From: Chlorokybus atmophyticus
Taxonomy: Eukaryota > Plantae > Mesostigma and Chlorokybus algae
DNA length: 44,168 nucleotides
Direction: 5' to 3'
Assembly (NCBI GenBank): GCA_009103225.1
Contig: RHPI01001412.1
Span: 1-44,168, forward strand
How positions within the stretch are numbered: the stretch's first letter is position 1; each line of letters opens with the position of its first letter. The notes under the pieces were generated by a model. That model did no database searches, was not told where the DNA came from, and saw only the letters and a list, made by a program, of their open reading frames with translations. Positions 36,433-44,168 of the stretch are shown here, one piece after another. Made by a program: the position numbers and the translations under genes.

Positions 36433-39124
36433 CTATATGCGAACAGGGAGCGCACACTCAGGAAGCTTATTCATCGCCAGCTGCAAAGTATTTCCGGTAA
36501 TTGACCTGATCTTGCCATCATAGCCAACAGCCACCCACGCGTACACTCCACCGCAATCGCGGAGCACCTTCAACAGGTCAGGCCAAAAGCCAACCACTAA
36601 TGCACCTGCACACATATTACCTTTGCATTTGTGTATACATGCACCCCGATCATTGCATTACCTTCTCCGATGACACGCCATTCAAGTTGTCAGAGCATAC
36701 ATCTGAGTCTTCAAAGAAGACTTCACCCGGGTTAAGGATGTCCTCGGCTGTTGCAATGCTGTTATTAGCGAGCCGCTTGTCGCACGCTGCAAACGCCCTG
36801 AAGGGTCTCATGTGATGTATGTGCCAGGCCTGCACAGTAGAAGTTGTCGCCGTAATCTGCACCAGATTTGTCACACGCGTATCTGCAAGGAGCTGGTACA
36901 GAGCGGTCTCCCGCTGGTTCCACTTGGACCTGTCCGAGTTGGTCCATGCGCTGTCAGCCTCGTCAATGACAAGCACAATGTTGCGTGCTTTGGCAGTCGA
37001 GGCCAGAAAGTCGAGCAGCTGGGTGAGCGCTGGTTCGATGCCAAGCATGACCATGACTTGCTTGCCGCTCAACCAATCTTTCCATCTCCCGCTCCTGATA
37101 AACTTGCTCCAAGCATCTGCTTCACCAGAAAGTTCTTCCACGCCAACTTGAGAACTGTCCTCCCGGGACTGGACAATGCTTACCAGGGCCTTGCATAGAT
37201 TGCGCAACCCTGCCTTCTGATCCATGACTATGATGATGCACGGGCGCTCCGAAATGCGACAGGTTAGCACAATGTCTCCAAAGACTGCTGTCTTGCCCGC
37301 TTGGCACGGTGCCTTGGCGATAGCCGATCCAGAGCCTTCCAAGCACCTGAGAACCCAAACCTTATCAAGCACCACCCGACATTGACAGGGCAATATATGA
37401 TAACCATAATGCAGCAACATCAGTAAGTCCACAACAGGACAGTGTGCATACCTGTGCAGGCCTTCATCTCGCGTAGTGTCGAACACAAGCGCGGACTCCA
37501 GAGAGCTGTGCGAGTGGTACTTGATTGGAGCATTGCGGGCTTCAACCAGGCGTGTCCACTGCTGATCGGACATCTTCAAGGACTGCAAGCGCTCGCGGTA
37601 TACTTCTCCTTCGGCGCAGTGAAGGCACAGCAGCGGCTGGTTGCACACTGTGCATGCCTTGTCTTGGATGCCAAGTGTCTCCTGCTTGCAGCGAAGACAC
37701 AACTTGTTTTCAGGCTCAATTTTGTGGCGCTGCGGGATGCTCATAGGTACAACCATGAACAGGCTGATGGCGCCATCGCAGAAAGTGGACTCGCGCTCGT
37801 CATGTGTGAGAGACTCGTTTGCTGCTTCATCGGCAACATCAGCGTCGTTATCACTCGCGTACGAAGTCCTGGACCTCTTTCTGGGCGTGGTCGTGCCGCC
37901 TTGTGTGGTGCCCTTGGGCTGCGTGCTTGAGAAGGCAGCATCTGCACACCGAGTTTGCTTGCGCCCTTCCTTCAGTCTTCGCCGAAGTTCATCATCTATT
38001 GCCTGCAACCCAGCTGCCAGCTCTCGCTTTCTCCTGGCCAAGTCACTATCTCTCAAACCTGGCATGCAACCCACGCACAGCACATGAGAATGCCTGGTTC
38101 AACCCACTGAACCACCGAAGTTAGCATCTTGAGAGTGGTCGACCGTCGTGGCATGAGTAAACACATAACAACGCCTTGGCAAGACTTTGGCACGTGTTGA
38201 CTGACCAGTTTCTCACATTGGACCACGTCAGACAGTCAGGTCCAAGCACTGCTAACCACAAACAAACAGTTCTAAATAGAGCCAATGAAAGAAGACAACC
38301 TGTCGGCCTGCAGGCAGCTGCTTGCTACGGGACGCATCCACACAGCAGTAAAACACACCCGTAGAAACAATGATGGCAGCTTGTGAGACAGTGATGTTTG
38401 CAGAGTTGACACGACTTGATAACTACTACAATACTCTGTGCACGTCAACAAGAGGCTGCATACCTGTGAACTCCGTTGCAGTGGCATTGTCAAGCGGAAC
38501 TTGAGGGGCTTTGCCCTTGGCTTTGGGCTGGGCAGACCGCGTGCCCCTGCTGGTGCTCGGCAGCTCAGCTGGTGCTGCGTCCTGCGAAGCTCTCTTTGGG
38601 TTGGACGGACCAGCAGCATGCGTTGATGGTGTTGCTCCTGCTCCTGCTCCTGCCGCTGCCGCTGCCGCTGCCGCTGCCGCTGCTGGTGGCTGTTGTTCAG
38701 CTGCCCCGTGCGGGCTAACCGACGATGGCGGCTGTCCACTTGCTACCTCAGGTGCTGCTGCAGCAGGCGCAGGCGGCTGGTCTCTTGCCGATGCAGCTGG
38801 AGCTAGCTCTGCTAGTCGAGCAGCCCAATGCGGTGCAGCTGAAGGTTCCAGGCAGGTCTGGTTCTGGTCGTCCCAGAGGTTGTGCTGTTGAGCGTACGAG
38901 ATACATTTCTTCATGGACCGCCTAGCCTTAGCCTCGAGGGGGTAGAACTGGGGCAGAATGGGCTGCAGCTCCTTCCTCAGGGCGTACGTGGGCTGCCTTC
39001 CGTGACCTTTGTAGCGGCGCACTTGTGTCAGCATGAACACAAGGTTCAGGCCATTGCTAAGCTCCTTTTTTGTCCACTCCAAAGGCGCTCTGTGCTGGTC
39101 GCCGTCCGTAGCGTCGTCCGCCAT
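36433..39124 (-). CDS. SF2-like helicase/ATPase with a Cys cluster; exons ~39124-38464, 38058-37452, 37346-36662, and an uncertain 3' part
   Basis: Walker A-like APCQAGKT, Walker B LVIDEAD, motif III-like QITATT; CLRC-x11-CTVC-x5-CLHC; phase-consistent GT-AG introns 38463-38059 and 37451-37347. Motifs V and VI not found; the 3' end is unresolved next to the N gap. Confidence 0.7.
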
Positions 39125-39302
39125 GGCGACCGCCGCCGCCGCCGCCACCGCCGCCGTTCGCCCGGCCCGCCAAAGATCACCAGCACCAGTACCACTCACC
39201 TGCACTTGATGTGTCTGACGTGCAGCGCTGCCCCAAGTGCTCCCAAAGCAATACATATACCTATTTTCTTGTTGGCCACTGCACCCGCGTAGCAGTGGCA
39301 GA

Positions 39303-39560
39303 AGCAGTCGCGCATGCTACGCGGGAGCAGTCTTGACGCGTACACTTCGAGACTGCTCCCGCGTAGCATGCGGGACTGCTCGCGTGAATGTCGCGCATGC
39401 TACGCGGGAGCAGTCTCGAGTCTCGTACACTTCGAGACTGCTCCCGCGTAGCATGCGGGACTGCTCGCGTGGAAGTCGCGCATGCTACGCGGGAGCCGTC
39501 TCGAGTCTCGTACACTTCAGACTGCTCCCGCGCAGCATGCGCGACTGCTCCCGCGTAGCA
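39303..39560. repeat. Three tandem ~83-85-bp palindromic (hairpin) units
   Basis: Units start at ~39307, 39390 and 39475. In unit 1, GCATGCTACGCGGGAGCAGTC (39312-39332) is the exact reverse complement of 39351-39371. All three loops contain CGTACACTTC. Confidence 0.95.
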
Positions 39561-40481
39561 ATTGTGTCTCGCGTCTCAGGTCTTCCGCGCACAACATGCG
39601 CGATTGCGGCCCGCGTACAACATACGGCATGTTATACATGCAGCTTACCGAGGACGTTGCTCGCGCGCAAAGTTCATCTGTGATTGCTAGTTTTATTGGG
39701 CTTGGCCATGTTAAAAGTATCAGACTTGGTCAACGTTCATTTACTTTTGTGATTTGTAATTGTTGATCATGTCAATACATGTTGCGCACCAAGGCATTCA
39801 AGATATATTGTATTAGCGCGTCATTGTGCGCTCGTTGCGTGTATATTGTGCTCTGCTCATCCTCGTATTACCCAAAAGTCGGTAGATACTGCTGACACCG
39901 AATCCGCAATATCGTGATAATGATAACAATAATAGTAATAATGACATTAATGATACCAATGATGATGATCACTGTGTTTACATGATAATAACCATAGCAA
40001 TGGAATCGTATTAGCGAGAGTGATATGGATAGTCTCGATGATAAATAGAGTGTTTGTAATAGTATTGCCAAGTTCACAATGACATTAATTGAGATTAAAG
40101 GTATGATAATAACAACAGCGATTGTGACACTGACAATCATAGCAATAATATTATAATGACAGTATGAGTGATGGAAGTGATTATAGTAACAATGGTAAAA
40201 ATAGTGATGATAAAAGTAACATCAATCGCAATAGTAGTTATGATAGTGATAGCTACAGCTACAATAATCACGATAATCACAATAAAGTGGTGAAATTGGT
40301 AAATTAACAATAATGATGGTGCATAGGGGCGATGGGATACGGATGGACACAGGGTTAATTGTAGAGGTAGACAAAAGGATGGTGATAGGGATAAAATAAC
40401 TGTAGAGATATGGACATTTATTTGTAATTCGTTTATGTAATGCTGTACCTTGCATTAAATACATTGAATACAGTAGCCTCT

Positions 40482-40562
40482 TTGCGTGAGCGCCACATGT
40501 GGCGCTCACGCAAGCCCTACAACGCTTCTTTCATTATACAATGAGCGAAGCGTTGTAGGGCT
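40482..40562. repeat. Two abutting perfect inverted repeats
   Basis: TTGCGTGAGCGCCACA|TGTGGCGCTCACGCAA (40482-40513, no loop), then AGCCCTACAACGCTTC (40513-40528) pairing with GAAGCGTTGTAGGGCT (40547-40562). Confidence 0.95.
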
Positions 40563-41529
40563 GACATTGGACATGGCCATTGCGGCCGCTATTGGCTTAT
40601 ATGATAAAGTGTTAATATTATGTATATGTATATACATATATATATTATGAATTTTAATCCGATCCTTCACCATCAGCACCTTTGCTGATGTGACCAGTGA
40701 AACACCCTTATCATAACACAAGGCATAAAGAAATAAGATAAATAAACACAAGCAATGCTAGCTCTCGAAGCACCATTAATGAAAGCGTGACGGCGTGATC
40801 GTATGCTTGATGGGTATAAAGCTACAAAGTACTGCGTACACATGTATCATATATTATTGCTTTGTCTATTTGATTATTATTGAAACGATTATTGCTCCGA
40901 CAGACATTGCAACTTTGCCATATTTTTGTAAGTCAAACTCCAAGTGCTACTTGGCATAAACATTAGACGCATTATGCATACGGTATTCACCCGAACAGCG
41001 CCCCCCCGTATACTATACAGACTAACAGCCCGAGGGGCTTGCGCGTGCCATCCACTGCGTCCGACATTCTGATGCCTATCACCCTGTGGTGACGTCAGCT
41101 GGCTGTGACTGTTGATGATTTGTGAACCGCAATGACGTCTTTCTTGTTAGACGAACGGCGTCATGGGCGTCGTGAGACGTTCTGTGTCATCGCCATCATG
41201 GTCGATGGGAAAGCGTCTGATGGCCGACATGTTGGCATTGATGGGCGTCAGCGCCGTCAAATGACGATCAACACTTGTCAGCCGTGTGATGAGGGTTTTG
41301 GCGCCATTGTTGTGTGAGTAGGCGGCGGTGGTGTGGTCTTGGGCATGGCTGACCAGCGCAGAGGCGGGTGGAGGCTCGAGGAGGTTGGGGCCCAAGCCAG
41401 TGCCGCTGTGCGCGCTGTCATTGACTTGGCGGCGCTTGTTAGGGACGAGGTTTCCAACGGGGCTCATGTGCGGCGGGCGGCTGAGTCTTCAGCCTGTGGT
41501 GCGGTGATGGTTGTGGTTGGGGATGGCGT

Positions 41530-41830
41530 CAAGCGCGTTCCGCCCACTTACCCTGTGGCGCGCGACACCAATCTTTGCATCAGTGGCCTTGCAGCGCGCG
41601 ACGAGGCTCTGCCCAGAACAGCAGAGGGCGCTCCAATGAAGCACCGCAACGGCGTCGTCATACAGCCGCAGGAAGGCAGCGTCGAGGCGTTCGAGAGCAT
41701 CCACGGAGCTCCGCTGCTGGGCATCCAGTGGCACCCGAAAGCGACCGCGGCAGCGGAATGCCAGTGGCCGCTGTTCCGCTACATGGTCGCCGCCGGCGAC
41801 GCCTTTACCGCCAAGCGGCGCATGCTCACG
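41530..41830 (+). pseudogene. C-terminal fragment of a class I glutamine amidotransferase (peptidase C26 / PuuD-like)
   Basis: EGSVEAFESIHGAPLLGIQWHPKA..PLFRYMVAAG matches the G-x-Q-W-H-P-E signature with Glu replaced by Lys; no nucleophile-Cys segment is recognisable upstream. Confidence 0.6.
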
Positions 41831-42389
41831 GACGTCGAACCCACTCCTCGCCTACCGTATGCGCACCGAGCTGTAATCCCTCCTGCTGGAGCGTTTTTAA
41901 AATTTAGTCAATGCATCGATTATGTTGGTGTTGCACCGTCGGTGCATGCGCACGCGGGCGGGCATTGTCTACCGCGTTGCCCCTTTGCGCACAGACCACG
42001 CGGTACCCTTGTGCGCGCCTCCAATCAATTTACCGGAATAAAGCAATCTGCTATAGCGATATGTACACTAGCTATGAATAGCGATGTGCAATCATTGAGG
42101 CCGTTAAGTAGGCTAGCCATAGCGCTCGGCAAGTGCATTGTTCACGCTGCAACGCTACTATTAGCATAATGCTTGTGTGTCATATTGTGTGATTCACACA
42201 GCTACCACAGGTATGTATCGCCATTTGTTCGCTAAATAAGATGTCGCTTGTCGATAATGCTTGTAATGCGATAGCCAGTTTCACTGTTATAAGCAAGCCT
42301 TAATTGCATTCAGCATGTAGGATCTACATTGTAGATGCTTGCAATCAATGGCTACATTGTGTCACATGACTGCATGAGTTGTCAAACTG

Positions 42390-42578
42390 CTTGACTTTGA
42401 AAATTACAATGTAATTCTTTGATGTTTATTATACGTATGCATTTATAGTAGCAATGCTAGATATTATGCGGCTAACAATAACGTTGCGCCTAACTTGACT
42501 TTGAAAAACATAATGTTAATGTTTATTATAAGTATGCATGTGTGGTAGCAATGCTGGTTATGCGGCTAATAATAACGT
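42390..42578. repeat. Degenerate ~104-bp tandem duplication
   Basis: CTTGACTTTGAAAA...TGTTTATTATA.GTATGCAT..GTAGCAATGCT..TTATGCGGCTAA.AATAACGT starts at 42390 and again at 42494. Confidence 0.85.
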
Positions 42579-43199
42579 GACCAACATGTATTTTGATTTG
42601 CAAAAGAAATTATGTTCTGATTACCTTATAGCAAGTACGTAAGAATAGATTATCTACTTTAAACGCTCATCGGAAAACCCTTGTGTATGGTAGCCTACCA
42701 TTGGTAGGGTGCATTTGAGCTACTTCAAGGCATTGTAGGGCTGGGTCATAAAAATCATCCGTGTTTATGTATCAGATATAAATCTGGAGGTCGCAATGTA
42801 TCATCGTACGACGAGTACGTAACACGCGGTACGACGTCCCGCGTTTCGGACGACGCATGGTTGCCCCTGGCAATAAACTGTCACGTGACACCGTACCCTT
42901 GCAACGGAAGCTCATCCAGCACTTCCTTCCTTCCTTCCCATGTGTTGGTCAACCACAGGTGCTGCACGTTCGTTCTGCCACGACAGCCAGGGGCGGCGGT
43001 GGACAGCTAGCCTGACAAAATCAGGGTTGAAGTTGGTCATTTAGCTGTCAGCTTGAAGAATGCTGCTCAAAGCAGACTATACTAAGCAGACTATACTTCT
43101 CAAGCGCTGATAGCTTAGGGTTCATGGGATCACAACAGCTGGAGAGGCTGCCGTAAGCTGAGTGGAGTTGCTGCTTGGCGTTGCCCAACGCAAGTCACA

Positions 43200-44156
43200 A
43201 TGCCTGGAGGCAGCACTTTCTCTTTGCCCAGCATCGCCAGGGCCAAAGGTAGGCGTAACGATGTTTTATTTGGTAGAGCAGCCTAAGTCGCAGTCTGTAC
43301 ATGATGCTGCGCGTAGGAACATTTGGTAGAGCAGCAGGGATAGGTTAATCATCTTGATTGTTACTACAGCAGTCGTCTGCGTGAGAAATTTAGCTTCGTT
43401 AATCCGACCACTGAGGCTTTTTGTGTATCAATCAGCATTGTGCTTTGTGCGTACAACTTTGTTGTTCAGTTCACGCGCGCACTGGCACACACGAACATAC
43501 ACACTCTCTTCAGCAGACAGCCGGGCTCATGTGCATCCATATTGAACAGCAAGACAATCATTACACCAACACGTGTAAAACCAACACACACCAGGTGGGC
43601 ACAGCACCAGCTCCAGCAATGGGGGCGACAAGTCCTCCCCTCGCATGGTGCGCGTGCGCTGCCCCGCCTGCGACACCATACTGCAAGCACCCTCCACAGC
43701 ACTCGCCCTACAGGCAAGTAATAATCGTACTCATTGCTCCACTTGTCATAGATAGTACCATTATCACTATTATTGTTATCATAACAGGTCATCAATGATG
43801 ATGATACATCTACATGCATGACACTTAGCCATATCGCAGTGTCCAATGCCCGGTTGCGGCAAGCCCTTCCAGCTAGGCTACACCAGCGGTGGCGGTGGCA
43901 ACAGCACCGACAGACTCCCCAAACCCAAGGCAAGCCCCTGCTCCCCTCACACTCTCTCCAACCAACACCCTAACCCTTGTCCTTGTCCCCACAGCGCGCG
44001 AACTGGCGTCCCGACTTTGACCTGAGCACCGGCTCGTCGTTGGAGGCTTGGGGGGCGGAGCAGCGGGGAGGAGGGGAGAAGGGGAGGCGAGGGGGAGGGG
44101 GGAAGAAGGGGGCGGGGGGGAGGAGAGGGAGGGGAGAGGGGGGCGTCACGCATAAG
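43200..44156 (+). CDS. 5' part of an unknown gene (CxxC motif, Gly/Arg/Lys-rich segment); exons 43200-43248, 43595-43713, 43995-44156; continues beyond the window
   Basis: Three exons join in frame without stops: MPGGSTFSLPSIARAKG-GHSTS..MVRVRCPACDTILQAP..ALQ-RANWRPDFDLSTG..RGGGEKGRRGGGG..HK, followed by a GT donor at 44157. Confidence 0.6.
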
Positions 44157-44168
44157 GTAGGGTGGGGG

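Noticed and set aside
39303-39560. CRISPR array
   Set aside because: The intervening segments are near-identical rather than unique spacers, there are no cas genes, and the context is eukaryotic.
39868-40509. Ile/Val-rich transmembrane-looking ORFs
   Set aside because: Translation artefact of ATA/GAT low-complexity sequence.
43947-44153. Pro-rich minus-strand ORF with a Tudor-like KVGTPVRALW
   Set aside because: Better explained as the antisense of a G-rich plus-strand exon bounded by AG and GT in phase with upstream exons.

Overview
Eukaryotic nuclear DNA from an intron-rich, flagellate-capable green alga (inference: plant-type BCAT-like, auxilin-like and PRA1 genes sit beside the ciliary genes CCDC103 and a MORN2-like gene). 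The six-frame ORF track is misleading because most genes are multi-exon; all exon structures below were spliced by hand. The window has three zones. (1) 1-9.7 kb is a repeat zone: a 3,960-bp segment present twice (first copy bounded by single Ns, so possibly an assembly or haplotype duplicate). It holds a 145-bp solo LTR with a 5-bp target-site duplication (TSD), two hairpin-rich candidate structured elements and an orphan Cys-rich type I membrane protein gene; a dead Ty3/gypsy-like gag fragment lies between the copies. (2) 10.4-35 kb is a housekeeping block: SF1, a cyclic-nucleotide-binding-domain (CNBD) K+ channel, PRA1, CCDC103, tRNA-Gln, a BCAT-like fusion, a MORN2-like gene, tRNA-Ala and an auxilin-like J protein. 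(3) 35-43 kb is an accessory island: a spliced SF2-like ATPase gene with a Cys cluster, directly preceded by three tandem ~84-bp palindromic units with a conserved loop, then a twin perfect-hairpin element and a decayed bacterial-type glutamine amidotransferase (C26) fragment; an unknown gene starts at 43.2 kb. The best candidate for an undescribed system is the palindrome array plus SF2 ATPase island. About 4 of roughly 55 reconstructed introns need GC donors. No database searches or folding programs could be run, so family calls rest on motif recognition from memory.
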